58,983 nt of DNA, taken from an uncultured Flavobacteriales bacterium (GTDB taxonomy: Bacteria; Bacteroidota; Bacteroidia; Flavobacteriales; Schleiferiaceae). The notes beneath the pieces were generated by a model. The model was not told the origin of the DNA and made no database searches. It saw nothing but the letters and a program-made list of their open reading frames with translations. The translations under genes were made by a program, and so were the position numbers. Positions 22,911-32,858 of this stretch are shown piece by piece (position 1 is the stretch's first letter; every line of letters starts with the position of its first letter). The stretch lies in contig CAXBRT010000001.1 of the NCBI GenBank assembly GCA_963978445.1, forward strand, positions 1 through 58,983, in the 5' to 3' direction.

Positions 22911-25040
22911 TTATTTGCTACCCTTCACTTTCTCGATCACAGCCTCAGCGATGCTAGAAGGCGTTTCGGCGTAGTGACTGAATTCCATAGAGGAACTGCC
23001 GCGACCAGACGTGATCGTACGCAAAGTGGTTACATATCCAAACATTTCACTCAAAGGCACTTTAGCACGAACGACAGAGTCGCCTTCTTTCGTGTCCATA
23101 CCCTCAACGATACCGCGGCGCTTGTTCAAGTCACCAACGACGTCACCCATGGAAGATTCGGGCATAACTACCTCCAACTTCATCATAGGCTCTAGAATTA
23201 CAGGACGAGCCTTCTTACCAGCTTCCTTGAAACCAATCTTAGCAGCCAATTCAAAAGACAAAGAGTCCGAATCCACAGGGTGGAAAGAACCGTCTGTCAA
23301 GGTCACTTTCATGGTGTCGATCGCGTAGCCAGCCAATGGGCCGTTCTTCATCGCGTCCTTGAAGCCTTTTTCAACGGCAGGAATATATTCCTTGGGAACG
23401 TTACCGCCTTTGATCTGGTTGTCGAACTGAAGAGATCCCGTGAAGCCTTCGTCGGCAGGGCCGATGGTGAAGACGATGTCCGCGAACTTACCACGACCAC
23501 CGGTTTGCTTCTTATACACTTCGCGGTGACCGAAGTTCGCCGTAAGTGCTTCTTTATACTGAACCTGGGGGGCACCTTGGTTACACTCAACCTTGAACTC
23601 GCGCTTCAAGCGGTCCACGATGATTTCCAAGTGCAATTCACCCATACCGGAGATAACCGTTTGGCCCGTCTCCTCGTCCGTGTGAACACGGAAAGTGGGA
23701 TCCTCTTCTGCCAACTTGGCCAAAGACATGCCCAATTTGTCCACGTCCGCTTGGGTCTTAGGCTCCACCGCCAAACCGATAACGGGCTCAGGGAAGCTCA
23801 TAGATTCCAAAATGATAGGACGCTTCTCGTCGCACAAGGTGTCACCCGTACGGATGTCCTTGAAACCAACGCCTGCACCGATATCACCCGCCTCGATCAT
23901 CTCGATTGGGTTCTGCTTATTGGAGTGCATTTGGAAGATACGAGAGATACGCTCCTTGTTTCCAGTACGCATGTTTTTCGTGTACGAACCTGCGTCAATC
24001 TTACCAGAGTAGACACGGAAGAAGCACAATCGGCCTACGAAGGGGTCGGTAGCAATCTTGAACGCCAACGCTGCGAAGGGCTCGTCGGGGTCTGGCTTGC
24101 GTACTTCTTCCTGCTCGGTATCAGGGTTTGTGCCGGTGATAGCCTCTACGTCAACAGGAGAAGGCATGAAAGACATAACGGCGTCCAACATAGTCTGTAC
24201 GCCCTTGTTCTTGAAGGCAGAGCCGCACAATACGGGGGTGATCTTTTGAGCGATGGTGGCCTTGCGGATAGCTGCTACCAATTCTTCCTTGGTGATGCTA
24301 TCAGGATCGTCAAAGAACTTCTCCATCAAATTGTCGTCGAATTCAGCTACAGCCTCGACCAACTTCTCGCGGTATTCTGCCACGGTATCCACCAAATCAG
24401 CGGGGATATCAACGACCTTGTAGGTCATGCCTTGGGTTGCATCTTCCCAAATGATCGCCTCATTGGTCAACAAGTCTACCACACCTTGGAATTCCGTTTC
24501 AGCACCGATAGGTACCTGCAATGGAATAGGATTGCCTTTCAACTTTTCGTCGATCTGACGAACTACATTGAAGAAGTCAGCACCCGTACGATCCATCTTG
24601 TTCACGAAAGCGATACGAGGTACAGAGTACTTCGTCGCTTGACGCCAAACGGTCTCCGTCTGTGGCTGAACACCACCTACGGCGCAAAGCAATGCAACGG
24701 CACCGTCCAAAACGCGCAATGAACGCTCTACCTCAACGGTAAAGTCTACGTGTCCTGGGGTGTCGATAATGTTGATCTTGTACAGCTGCGTGTCGGCTGT
24801 ATCCTTACCTTGAACGGTTGGGAAGCGCCAGAAGCACGTCGTAGCAGCTGAAGTGATGGTGATACCGCGCTCCTGCTCCTGAACCATCCAGTCCATAGTT
24901 GCAGCACCGTCGTGTACCTCGCCAATCTTGTGGCTTACACCTGTGTAGTAAAGAATCCGTTCCGTGGTAGTCGTCTTGCCCGCATCGATGTGGGCCATGA
25001 TACCAATGTTTCGTGTGAATTTTAAATCGCGCTTAGACAT
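22911..25040 (-). CDS. fusA: Elongation factor G
   Basis: 709 aa. [33 protein letters not shown] and NKMDR are the GTPase motifs. Confidence 0.99.
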   Translation of the reverse strand: MSKRDLKFTRNIGIMAHIDAGKTTTTERILYYTGVSHKIGEVHDGAATMDWMVQEQERGITITSAATTCFWRFPTVQGKDTADTQLYKINIIDTPGHVDFTVEVERSLRVLDGAVALLCAVGGVQPQTETVWRQATKYSVPRIAFVNKMDRTGADFFNVVRQIDEKLKGNPIPLQVPIGAETEFQGVVDLLTNEAIIWEDATQGMTYKVVDIPADLVDTVAEYREKLVEAVAEFDDNLMEKFFDDPDSITKEELVAAIRKATIAQKITPVLCGSAFKNKGVQTMLDAVMSFMPSPVDVEAITGTNPDTEQEEVRKPDPDEPFAALAFKIATDPFVGRLCFFRVYSGKIDAGSYTKNMRTGNKERISRIFQMHSNKQNPIEMIEAGDIGAGVGFKDIRTGDTLCDEKRPIILESMSFPEPVIGLAVEPKTQADVDKLGMSLAKLAEEDPTFRVHTDEETGQTVISGMGELHLEIIVDRLKREFKVECNQGAPQVQYKEALTANFGHREVYKKQTGGRGKFADIVFTIGPADEGFTGSLQFDNQIKGGNVPKEYIPAVEKGFKDAMKNGPLAGYAIDTMKVTLTDGSFHPVDSDSLSFELAAKIGFKEAGKKARPVILEPMMKLEVVMPESSMGDVVGDLNKRRGIVEGMDTKEGDSVVRAKVPLSEMFGYVTTLRTITSGRGSSSMEFSHYAETPSSIAEAVIEKVKGSK

Positions 25041-25052
25041 GATATCAACAGA

Positions 25053-25523
25053 TTAGAAACGGAAGTGTGAGAAGGCCTTGTTTGCCTCAGCCATTTTGTG
25101 AACGTCCATACGCTTCTTCACTGCTGCACCTTCTTCTTTAGCGGCAGCCATGATTTCGCCGGCCAACTTAGCAGCCATGCTCTTTTCGTTGCGTGAGCGA
25201 GCGTATCCAATCATCCACTTCATAGCCATGGAGATTTTGCGCTCGGGGCGGATTTGCTGGGGGATTTGGAACGTAGAACCACCTACACGACGGCTGCGAA
25301 CCTCTACGTGAGGCATCACATTGGTCAAAGCGGTCTTCCACTGGTCCAGGCCGTTGGCCTCGCCAGACTTTTCAGAAACGATGTCAATCGCATCATAGAA
25401 GATGGTGAAAGCGGTAGACTTCTTGCCGTCATACATCAAGTTGTTGACGAAACGAGTTACCAAGGGATCATTGAAGCGGGGATCCGGTAATAGGGGGCGC
25501 TTCTTAGCACGCGTCTTTCTCAT
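25053..25523 (-). CDS. rpsG: 30S ribosomal protein S7
   Basis: MRKTRAKKR start, VEVRSRRVGGSTFQIP and a C-terminal HFRF. Confidence 0.98.
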   Translation of the reverse strand: MRKTRAKKRPLLPDPRFNDPLVTRFVNNLMYDGKKSTAFTIFYDAIDIVSEKSGEANGLDQWKTALTNVMPHVEVRSRRVGGSTFQIPQQIRPERKISMAMKWMIGYARSRNEKSMAAKLAGEIMAAAKEEGAAVKKRMDVHKMAEANKAFSHFRF

Positions 25524-25532
25524 GATTTCCGA

Positions 25533-25913
25533 TTATTTTTTTGCTTTGGGGCGCTTAGCACCATACTTAGAACGACGTTGCATACGACCGTTCACACCTG
25601 CCGTATCTAGGGCACCGCGAACGATGTGGTAACGTACACCTGGCAAGTCTTTCACACGACCGCCACGTACGAGTACGATAGAGTGTTCTTGCAAGTTGTG
25701 GCCTTCACCGCCAATATAGGCGTTGACTTCGTTGCCATTGGTTAGACGCACACGGGCGACTTTACGCATGGCCGAATTCGGCTTCTTAGGAGTGGTGGTG
25801 TACACACGCGTGCACACGCCTCGACGCTGGGGGCAGGAGTCCAACGCTGCGGACTTGCTCTTCTTTTCCAGCTTGACTCGTCCCTTACGTACGAGCTGTT
25901 GAATGGTAGGCAT
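25533..25913 (-). CDS. rpsL: 30S ribosomal protein S12
   Basis: [12 protein letters not shown] start, [15 protein letters not shown] and [13 protein letters not shown]. Confidence 0.99.
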   Translation of the reverse strand: MPTIQQLVRKGRVKLEKKSKSAALDSCPQRRGVCTRVYTTTPKKPNSAMRKVARVRLTNGNEVNAYIGGEGHNLQEHSIVLVRGGRVKDLPGVRYHIVRGALDTAGVNGRMQRRSKYGAKRPKAKK

Positions 25914-25976
25914 TCTTTTTAATTGTGTTGGTTGTCGTCGCTACAATAAACTATACCCCTAGTTTTTAGGGGACTG

Positions 25977-26006
25977 CAAATGTAGACCTTTTTTCGCTAC
26001 GGACAA
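25977..26006 (-). promoter_or_regulatory. Candidate Bacteroidota-type promoter of the rpsL array (-33 TTG, 19-nt spacer, -7 TACATTTG)
   Basis: The minus strand reads cagcgTTGtccgtagcgaaaaaaggtcTACATTTGcagtcc. This matches TTG-N19-TAnnTTTG about 60 nt upstream of the rpsL ATG. Confidence 0.55.
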
Positions 26007-26055
26007 CGCTGATTTTCTTGCAGTTTTTAAACTTTTTCGCACCGGACGCGAATGT

Positions 26056-26063
26056 TACCTTTG
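26056..26063 (+). promoter_or_regulatory. Candidate -7 box (TACCTTTG) for the helicase-DUF4290-murA operon
   Basis: TAnnTTTG match only 10 nt upstream of the ATG at 26074, which would give a very short leader. The -33 region is weak. Confidence 0.3.
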
Positions 26064-26073
26064 AACCCTCCCC

Positions 26074-28422
26074 ATGTCAGCCTATTTATCCGCCCTTAAT
26101 TCGGTCCAGCAAGAAGCCGTCAAACAGACCGAAGGTCCCGTGATGGTCATCGCCGGCGCAGGATCCGGTAAAACCCGCGTCCTAACCTTCCGAATGGCCT
26201 ACCTTATGGATAAGGGGGTGGATCCCTTTAACATATTGGCGCTCACCTTCACGAACAAAGCCGCGCGGGAAATGAAGGGACGTATTGAAAAGCTACTGGG
26301 AGGTACAGAGGCTAAGAATTTGTGGATGGGTACCTTCCACTCCATTTTTGCGCGCATTCTACGCATTGAAGGCCATCGCCTCGGCTATCCGTCAAATTTT
26401 ACGATCTACGACACCGAGGATGCTCAAAAAGTGATTTCAGGGTTGATTAAAGACCGTGGCCTCGACAAGGACATTTACAAAGTCAAGGCCGTTGCCTCGC
26501 GCATCTCAGCGTTCAAGAACAATTTGATCACCCCCAAGGCCTACCAGAACCGGGCAGACCTTCAGGAGGCCGATGCCTCAGCGCGCATGCCCCAGCTGGG
26601 TGAGCTTTATGGCGCCTACATGGAGAAGTGTTTTCGGGCAGGCGCCATGGACTTTGACGACCTCTTGCTCAAAACCAATGAGCTCTTCACCAAGTTTCCC
26701 GATGCCCTAGCGCGTTACCAGGAGCGGTTCAAATACATCTTAGTAGATGAGTACCAAGATACCAACCACTCGCAGTACCTCATTGTCAAGGCGCTGGCCT
26801 CGAGGTTTGAAAACCTTTGCGTGGTGGGAGATGATGCACAAAGCATTTATGCGTTTCGGGGGGCGAACATTCGGAACATTCTCAATTTCCAAAAAGACTA
26901 TCCCGACGCGAAGCTCTTTAAACTCGAACAGAATTACCGAAGCAGCGGCTGCATCGTTCAAGCGGCAAATTCATTGATCAAGCACAACCAAGATCAGTTG
27001 GAGAAGAACGTTTGGACCAGTAATCCGCAAGGCGAGCGCATTGTGGTGCACAAGAGTGTGAGCGATGCGGACGAAGGCAACTACGTCGCGCAGACCATTT
27101 GGGAATTGAACATGCGCGAACATTTAGCGCATGATGCCTTTGCCATTCTGTACCGAACGAACGCACAATCCCGCGCCTTTGAAGACGCGCTCCGCCGACG
27201 CAATATTCCCTACCGTATTTATGGAGGCCTGTCCTTCTATCAGCGCAAAGAAGTGAAGGATTTGATGGCCTATGTGCGGCTGACCGTCAATCCCAAAGAT
27301 GAAGAAGCCTTCCGCAGGGTCATCAATCTGCCGGCGCGCGGCATTGGGGATACCACCCTCGCCCGCCTGACCATTGCTGCGGATGAGCGCAAGGCCACGA
27401 TTTGGGAAGCGGCGGAAAATGCAGGCGAATGGGGCATTGCCATCAACAAGCCCACGCAAGAGCGGCTTTTGGCCTTTACCGACTTGATCAAATCCTACCG
27501 AATTATTGCGCAGGACAAAGATGCCTTTGATGCAGTAGAGCACATTTCGCGCAGCAGTGGTTTGATAAAATTGCTCGCTGAAGACAAGACGCCCGAGGGC
27601 ATTTCACGCTACGAGAACCTGCAAGAATTGCTCAACGGCATCAAGGATTTTGTGGAGCAGCAGCAGCAAGTCGAAGATGGAGACCCCAGCCTGGGCGCCT
27701 TCTTGCAGGACGTGGCTTTACTCACGGATGCAGACCGCGCGGATGAAGATGACCGCCCCAAGGTCAATCTCATGACCATACACTTGGCTAAGGGCCTGGA
27801 GTTTCCCGCTGTTTTTGTTGTGGGCATGGAGGAGAACCTCTTTCCGTCGATGATGTCCATGGGGTCCCGTTCGGATTTGGAAGAGGAGCGCCGCCTATTT
27901 TATGTCGCCCTCACACGAGCCGAAAAGCGCGCCTTCCTGACGTATGCACACGTGCGCTACCGCTGGGGAAAATTGATCGATTGCGAGCCAAGCCGTTTTT
28001 TGGAGGAATTGGACGAGGCGCATTTGGACATTCACGTCCCCGAATTCCAGCCGACCTATTCCGTACCCAAAGAGCTGATGGACGCCTTTGACGTACCTTC
28101 GACCCGGAGAACCGCAGGCCAAACGCGCCCAGCTGCCCCCAAGCCAGCGAAGCCCAGTCCTCCTCCGGCTCCTGTGCGTTTCCGCCGGCCCACTGCGCTC
28201 AAACCCATGAACCAAGCCACGCAAAGTGGGGGAAGTTCCGGGAGTAACGCCCTGGAGCTTGGCCTAGAAATTGGATTTAAAGTGGTTCACGACCGCTTTG
28301 GGATTGGAAAAGTGACAGAATTGACCGGGGACGGCACCGAACGCAAAGCCACCATTATCTTCGACAACGCGGGCGAGAAAAAATTGCTGCTCAAGTTTGC
28401 TAAATTGCAACTCCTTTCATGA
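26074..28422 (+). CDS. ATP-dependent DNA helicase, UvrD/PcrA/Rep family, with Pro-rich linker and C-terminal Tudor-like domain
   Basis: 782 aa. Contains AGAGSGKTRVLT (Walker A), ILVDEYQDTN, VGDDAQSIYAFRGA, TIHLAKGLEFP and YVALTRA. The tail reads VVHDRFGIGKVTEL. Confidence 0.93.
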   Translation: MSAYLSALNSVQQEAVKQTEGPVMVIAGAGSGKTRVLTFRMAYLMDKGVDPFNILALTFTNKAAREMKGRIEKLLGGTEAKNLWMGTFHSIFARILRIEGHRLGYPSNFTIYDTEDAQKVISGLIKDRGLDKDIYKVKAVASRISAFKNNLITPKAYQNRADLQEADASARMPQLGELYGAYMEKCFRAGAMDFDDLLLKTNELFTKFPDALARYQERFKYILVDEYQDTNHSQYLIVKALASRFENLCVVGDDAQSIYAFRGANIRNILNFQKDYPDAKLFKLEQNYRSSGCIVQAANSLIKHNQDQLEKNVWTSNPQGERIVVHKSVSDADEGNYVAQTIWELNMREHLAHDAFAILYRTNAQSRAFEDALRRRNIPYRIYGGLSFYQRKEVKDLMAYVRLTVNPKDEEAFRRVINLPARGIGDTTLARLTIAADERKATIWEAAENAGEWGIAINKPTQERLLAFTDLIKSYRIIAQDKDAFDAVEHISRSSGLIKLLAEDKTPEGISRYENLQELLNGIKDFVEQQQQVEDGDPSLGAFLQDVALLTDADRADEDDRPKVNLMTIHLAKGLEFPAVFVVGMEENLFPSMMSMGSRSDLEEERRLFYVALTRAEKRAFLTYAHVRYRWGKLIDCEPSRFLEELDEAHLDIHVPEFQPTYSVPKELMDAFDVPSTRRTAGQTRPAAPKPAKPSPPPAPVRFRRPTALKPMNQATQSGGSSGSNALELGLEIGFKVVHDRFGIGKVTELTGDGTERKATIIFDNAGEKKLLLKFAKLQLLS

Positions 28423-29081
28423 TGGATACTTCAAATATTGCCGCTCTTTCCCTGGACTACAACACGGACCGTGAACAATTGCGCATGCCCGAATACGGGC
28501 GCCACGTGCAGTCCATGATCGAGTACTGCTTGACGTTGCCCGATCGCGACCACCGCACCAAAGTGGCCAACAGCATCATTGATGTCATTGGCAACCTTAA
28601 TCCCAGCCTGCGCGACAATCCCGATTATCGACACAAGCTCTGGGATCATCTGTTTGTGATGTCAGATTTCCTGCTGGATGTAGACTGCCCCTACCCCACC
28701 CCTACACGGGAAAAGTTGGGCGAAAAACCTGAGGCTGTCCCCTATCCCCAAAAGAGCCGCAGCCATCGCTACTATGGAAACATCATACAAAGTTTGATCT
28801 CGACGGTTTCTGCCATGGAACCTTCTGAGGAGCGCGATGCCATGGAATTGGACATTGCCAACCAAATGAAGCGCGCCTACCTCTCCTGGAACAAGGACAG
28901 TGTGGACGACGCCGTCATTTATGCCGAACTGCGCATCCTCTCCGGTGGAAAGTTGGGACAAGAAAAAACGACACTCTCTGTGAACCGCGGCGTAGTCTCC
29001 CAAAACGCCCCGCTCCACACGCGGAACAAGAAAAAATCGAAGGCCAACTTCAAACGAAAAGGCCCCTTTAAACGCAAATAA
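28419..29081 (+). CDS. DUF4290-family protein of unknown function
   Basis: 220 aa. LRMPEYGRHVQSMIEYC...RDNPDYRHKLWDHLF matches my memory of the DUF4290 family, which sits upstream of murA in Bacteroidota. ATGA overlap with the helicase stop; basic C-terminal tail. Confidence 0.7.
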   Translation: MMDTSNIAALSLDYNTDREQLRMPEYGRHVQSMIEYCLTLPDRDHRTKVANSIIDVIGNLNPSLRDNPDYRHKLWDHLFVMSDFLLDVDCPYPTPTREKLGEKPEAVPYPQKSRSHRYYGNIIQSLISTVSAMEPSEERDAMELDIANQMKRAYLSWNKDSVDDAVIYAELRILSGGKLGQEKTTLSVNRGVVSQNAPLHTRNKKKSKANFKRKGPFKRK

Positions 29082-29093
29082 CCCCTTTACTAC

Positions 29094-30413
29094 GTGTCAT
29101 CCAGCTTTCGCATCACTGGTGGTCGCCGTCTCAAAGGCGACGTGCACCCTCAAGGCGCCAAAAACGAAGTTCTCCAAATCCTCTGTGCCGTTCTGCTGAC
29201 GGAAGATACGGTCCGAGTTTCCAACATTCCGGACATCGTCGACGTCAACAAGCTCATTGAGATTTTAGGGGACTTTGGCGTGGCCGTGATCAAGCACGGT
29301 CATGGAGATTACAGCTTCTGCGCCAAAGACGTGGATGCGAACTTCCTCTTTTCAGACACCTACAAAAAGAAAGGTGCTGCGTTGCGTGGCTCCATTATGC
29401 TCGTTGGTCCGCTTTTGGCGCGATTCGGCAAAGGCTATATCCCCAAACCCGGGGGTGATAAAATTGGCCGCCGCCGTTTGGACACCCACTTCCTGGGCTT
29501 CATGAAACTTGGAGCGGAATTTAAATACGAGGAGAGTTCACACTTTTATGGAGTAGAAACGCCCGCTTCTGGCCTGAAGGGGGCCTACATGCTTCTAGAC
29601 GAGGCTTCCGTAACGGGCACCGCGAATATTGTGATGGCGGCGGTGTTGACGCCCGGCGTGACTACGATTTATAACGCGGCATGCGAACCCTACCTCCAGC
29701 AATTGTGCAGCATGCTCGTGCGTATGGGCGCAAAAATTGAGGGCATTGGAAGCAATTTGCTCACCATCACCGGCGTAGAAAAACTGGGCGGCACTGAGCA
29801 CCGCTGCTTGCCGGACATGATTGAGATTGGCTCCTGGATTGGCCTCGCTGCCATGACGCAGAGCGAACTCACCATTAAAAATGCCGGAGTTCAGCACTTG
29901 GGTATCATTCCCGAAGTCTTCCGCAAATTGGGTATTCAATTAGACATCCAAGGGGACGACATTCACATCCCCGCGCAAGAATCCTATGAAATTGGTGCCT
30001 ACTTAGATGGCTCCATGGTGACCGTTGCGGATGCTCCTTGGCCCGGCTTTACGCCCGACCTACTGAGCATCGTGCTTGTCACGGCTACTCAGGCGAAAGG
30101 ATCTGTGCTCATTCACCAGAAAATGTTTGAAAGCCGCTTGTTCTTTGTGGACAAATTGATTGACATGGGTGCTCAAATTATTCTCTGTGATCCACACCGC
30201 GCTACCGTCATTGGTCTGGACCGAAAGTTCAGCCTGCGCGCCACCACCATGACATCGCCTGACATACGTGCCGGAATTGCCTTGCTCATCGCTGCATTGA
30301 GCGCAGAAGGCACCAGCACTATCCACAACATTGAACAAATTGACCGCGGCTACGAACGCATCGACGAACGCCTCCGAGCACTGGGCGCTCAAATCGAACG
30401 CATTCCTGCCTAA
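29094..30413 (+). CDS. murA: UDP-N-acetylglucosamine 1-carboxyvinyltransferase
   Basis: 439 aa with a GTG start. F.I.GG..L.G.V...GAKNEVLQILCA at the N-terminus and IDRGYERIDERLRALGA at the C-terminus. Confidence 0.95.
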   Translation: MSSSFRITGGRRLKGDVHPQGAKNEVLQILCAVLLTEDTVRVSNIPDIVDVNKLIEILGDFGVAVIKHGHGDYSFCAKDVDANFLFSDTYKKKGAALRGSIMLVGPLLARFGKGYIPKPGGDKIGRRRLDTHFLGFMKLGAEFKYEESSHFYGVETPASGLKGAYMLLDEASVTGTANIVMAAVLTPGVTTIYNAACEPYLQQLCSMLVRMGAKIEGIGSNLLTITGVEKLGGTEHRCLPDMIEIGSWIGLAAMTQSELTIKNAGVQHLGIIPEVFRKLGIQLDIQGDDIHIPAQESYEIGAYLDGSMVTVADAPWPGFTPDLLSIVLVTATQAKGSVLIHQKMFESRLFFVDKLIDMGAQIILCDPHRATVIGLDRKFSLRATTMTSPDIRAGIALLIAALSAEGTSTIHNIEQIDRGYERIDERLRALGAQIERIPA

Positions 30414-30422
30414 CTTTACCCC

Positions 30423-30974
30423 ATGATGAAAAAAGTACTTGCCTCTCTTCTGATTGCCTCTGCCCTGCTTTGGACAGCGGCTCGACCTGCTGAAAGCACG
30501 TATCGCCCCGACCGTATGGCTCAATTGGCCAATATCAATGTTGGCGACCAAGCTCCAGAACTCGCATTTCCCAATCCCAATGGGGACATTGTCAAATTGA
30601 GCGATTTGCGTGGTAAAGTGGTTCTTATTGACTTTTGGGCTTCCTGGTGCGGTCCCTGCCGAATGGAAAACCCCAACGTAGTCCGCATTTACAACGAGTA
30701 CAAAGACAAGAAATACACGGCGGGCAAAGGCTTTGAAATCTACTCCGTGAGCCTGGATCAGGCCAAGGACCGCTGGGTTCAAGCCATTGAAAAGGATGGT
30801 CTCGCATGGTCTAGCCACGTGAGCGACTTGCGCGGCTGGCGCGCTCAAGGCGCCGCCCTCTACGGGGTCAACGCCATTCCGATGACCTTCTTGGTAGACG
30901 GCAAAGGCAAAATCATCGCAAAAGGATTGCGCGGCGCTCAGCTTGAGGCCGCCCTCAAGTCCCTTCTACCCTAA
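30423..30974 (+). CDS. Secreted TlpA-like thioredoxin-fold thiol:disulfide oxidoreductase
   Basis: Signal peptide, then KVVLIDFWASWCGPCR (WCGPC active site). Confidence 0.85.
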   Translation: MMKKVLASLLIASALLWTAARPAESTYRPDRMAQLANINVGDQAPELAFPNPNGDIVKLSDLRGKVVLIDFWASWCGPCRMENPNVVRIYNEYKDKKYTAGKGFEIYSVSLDQAKDRWVQAIEKDGLAWSSHVSDLRGWRAQGAALYGVNAIPMTFLVDGKGKIIAKGLRGAQLEAALKSLLP

Positions 30975-31020
30975 GGTCGGACAGTTCGTCACGACAGGCT
31001 GGCCAAAGCCGGGCCGAGCA

Positions 31021-31055
31021 ATCTGCCATTCTGACACGAATTCAGTTTGGCAGAT
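31021..31055 (+). repeat. Inverted repeat upstream of grpE-dnaJ (ATCTGCCA-N19-TGGCAGAT)
   Basis: Perfect 8-bp arms plus an inner CTGA/TCAG pair, 40 nt upstream of the grpE ATG. Confidence 0.5.
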
Positions 31056-31094
31056 TGTTTGCTTTTAGGGCAACACAGAATACTACGTGCACAG

Positions 31095-31640
31095 ATGGCA
31101 AAAGAATCTAAAAAACAGCAGGAGGCCGAAGAGCCTATAGTGGATGGGGAACCCACCACCTCAACGTCTACCGAGGAAACTGGCGAATCTGCCGCTGATC
31201 CCGCTGAGGAAATTCAAGCCCTCAAGGAACAAAACTTACGTCTTTATGCCGAGTTTGAGAATTTCCGTCGACGCAACGCACGAGAGCGCCTGGACCTCAT
31301 GGCAACCGCCAACGAAAAGGTCATCAAAGCCGTCCTCCCCGTGGTAGATGACTTTGAGCGCGCCCTTAAAAATATTGCCGCTGATTCGCCGGAGCGCGTG
31401 GGTCTTGAATTGATCTACACGAAGCTCTTGAATACCCTCAAAGCGGAAGGCCTCAAAGAAATGGAACCTACCGCAGGTCAAGTTTTTGACGTGGAGACCA
31501 TGGAGGCCATCACCAATATCCCCGCCCCCAGCCCAGAACTAGCTGGAAAGGTGGTAGACCAGATTGAGAAGGGCTACCGACTGGGTGAGAAAATAATCCG
31601 CTATGCCAAAGTGGTGGTGGGCGAACAAATGGCCTCCTAA
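31095..31640 (+). CDS. grpE: Nucleotide exchange factor GrpE
   Basis: YAEFENFRRR..RE and KGY.LGEKIIRYAKVVV. Start set at the first ATG (MAKESKK); the track ORF begins at an upstream TTG. Confidence 0.93.
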   Translation: MAKESKKQQEAEEPIVDGEPTTSTSTEETGESAADPAEEIQALKEQNLRLYAEFENFRRRNARERLDLMATANEKVIKAVLPVVDDFERALKNIAADSPERVGLELIYTKLLNTLKAEGLKEMEPTAGQVFDVETMEAITNIPAPSPELAGKVVDQIEKGYRLGEKIIRYAKVVVGEQMAS

Positions 31641-31643
31641 ACT

Positions 31644-32750
31644 ATGGCTAAGCGCGACTACTATGAGGTTTTAGGCGTTTCCAAGTCTGCCTCTGCCGAC
31701 GAGATTAAAAAGGCGTACCGCAAGCTCGCTATCCAATACCACCCGGATAAAAATCCAGGGGATGCAGCTGCGGAGGAAAAATTTAAGGAGGCTGCGGAGG
31801 CTTACGACGTGCTCTCCAACGCGGAAAAGAAACAGAAGTATGACCAGTTTGGCCACCAAGCCTTTGGCGCCGGAAGCGGCGGATTTGGCGGCGGCATGAA
31901 CATGGAAGACATCTTCAGCCACTTTGGGGACATTTTCGGCGGTGGAGGTTTTAGCGGATTTGGCGGCGGCCGTGGCGGCGCGGCGCGCGGAGCCAACTTG
32001 CGTGTCCGCGTCAAACTCACGCTGGAGGACATCGCCAACGGCGTCGAAAAGAAAATTAAAATTCGCCGCGCGGTGCCCGCCGACGGCTTGACCTTTAAAA
32101 CCTGTACGGTTTGCAATGGGTCCGGTCAGATCACCCGCGTCCAAAACACCATCCTCGGCCAAATGCGCACGGCTTCGGCCTGCCATGGCTGTAATGGTTC
32201 AGGCAAAATGATCGACATGCGTCCCGATGGTGTGGGAGCGGATGGTCTGGAGCGCGTGGACGAAGTAGTCAGCGTAAAAATCCCCGCTGGGGTTCAAGAC
32301 GGTATGCAACTTCGCGTAGGCGGAAAAGGAAACCACGGACCCACCGGAGGACCTGCAGGGGACCTCATCGTGTCCATCGAAGAAGAAGCACATGATGAAC
32401 TCGTACGCGAAGGACAAAACCTGCACTATGACCTCTATCTATCCTTCCCGGATTGTGCATTAGGCACCACGGTGGAAATCCCCACGATTCAGGGCAAAGC
32501 GCGCATGAAAATTGACGCCGGTACCCAGAGTGGGAAAACCTTACGCCTAAAGGGCAAAGGCTTGCCCAGTGTGGAAGGCTATGGAACGGGTGATCTCTTA
32601 GTCCATGTATCTGTTTGGACTCCTAAATCGGTCACTAGCGAGGAGAAAGCCCTATTGGAGAAACTGCAAGAAAGCGCCAACTTCCAACCCAATCCCGGAA
32701 AGTCCGACAAGGGTTTCTTTGACCGGGTGCGCGACATGTTCAACGGCTAA
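31644..32750 (+). CDS. dnaJ: Molecular chaperone DnaJ carrying only two CxxCxGxG motifs
   Basis: J domain (DYYEVLGV...YHPDKNPGD), G/F region, then CTVCNGSG and CHGCNGSG, then the C-terminal substrate domains. Confidence 0.95.
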   Translation: MAKRDYYEVLGVSKSASADEIKKAYRKLAIQYHPDKNPGDAAAEEKFKEAAEAYDVLSNAEKKQKYDQFGHQAFGAGSGGFGGGMNMEDIFSHFGDIFGGGGFSGFGGGRGGAARGANLRVRVKLTLEDIANGVEKKIKIRRAVPADGLTFKTCTVCNGSGQITRVQNTILGQMRTASACHGCNGSGKMIDMRPDGVGADGLERVDEVVSVKIPAGVQDGMQLRVGGKGNHGPTGGPAGDLIVSIEEEAHDELVREGQNLHYDLYLSFPDCALGTTVEIPTIQGKARMKIDAGTQSGKTLRLKGKGLPSVEGYGTGDLLVHVSVWTPKSVTSEEKALLEKLQESANFQPNPGKSDKGFFDRVRDMFNG

Positions 32751-32790
32751 AACCAACTTAGCACCTGAAAACGCGCGCCGCGCGTGAAGC

Positions 32791-32825
32791 AAAAAGCCCC
32801 GGCCGATGGCCGGGGCTTTTATTTT
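32791..32825. terminator. Bidirectional rho-independent terminator (dnaJ and T9SS cassette converge)
   Basis: AAAAA-GCCCCGGCC-gat-GGCCGGGGC-TTTTATTTT: a 9-bp GC-rich stem. Confidence 0.85.
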
Positions 32826-32858
32826 GTCTCTAGTTGGAGCTGGTGGACGACCAGTATC

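Noticed and set aside
23280-24722. A 480-aa ORF on the + strand, the longest unexplained ORF in the track.
   Set aside because: It lies entirely antisense to fusA, whose EF-G identity is unambiguous. Its translation is R/L/V/G-rich with no recognisable motifs. It looks like a shadow ORF produced by the codon bias of a highly expressed gene.
30975-31094. A search for a CIRCE/HrcA operator or a sigma-32-type promoter upstream of grpE.
   Set aside because: No TTAGCACTC-N9-GAGTGCTAA-like sequence is present. Only the unrelated palindrome reported in the findings was seen.
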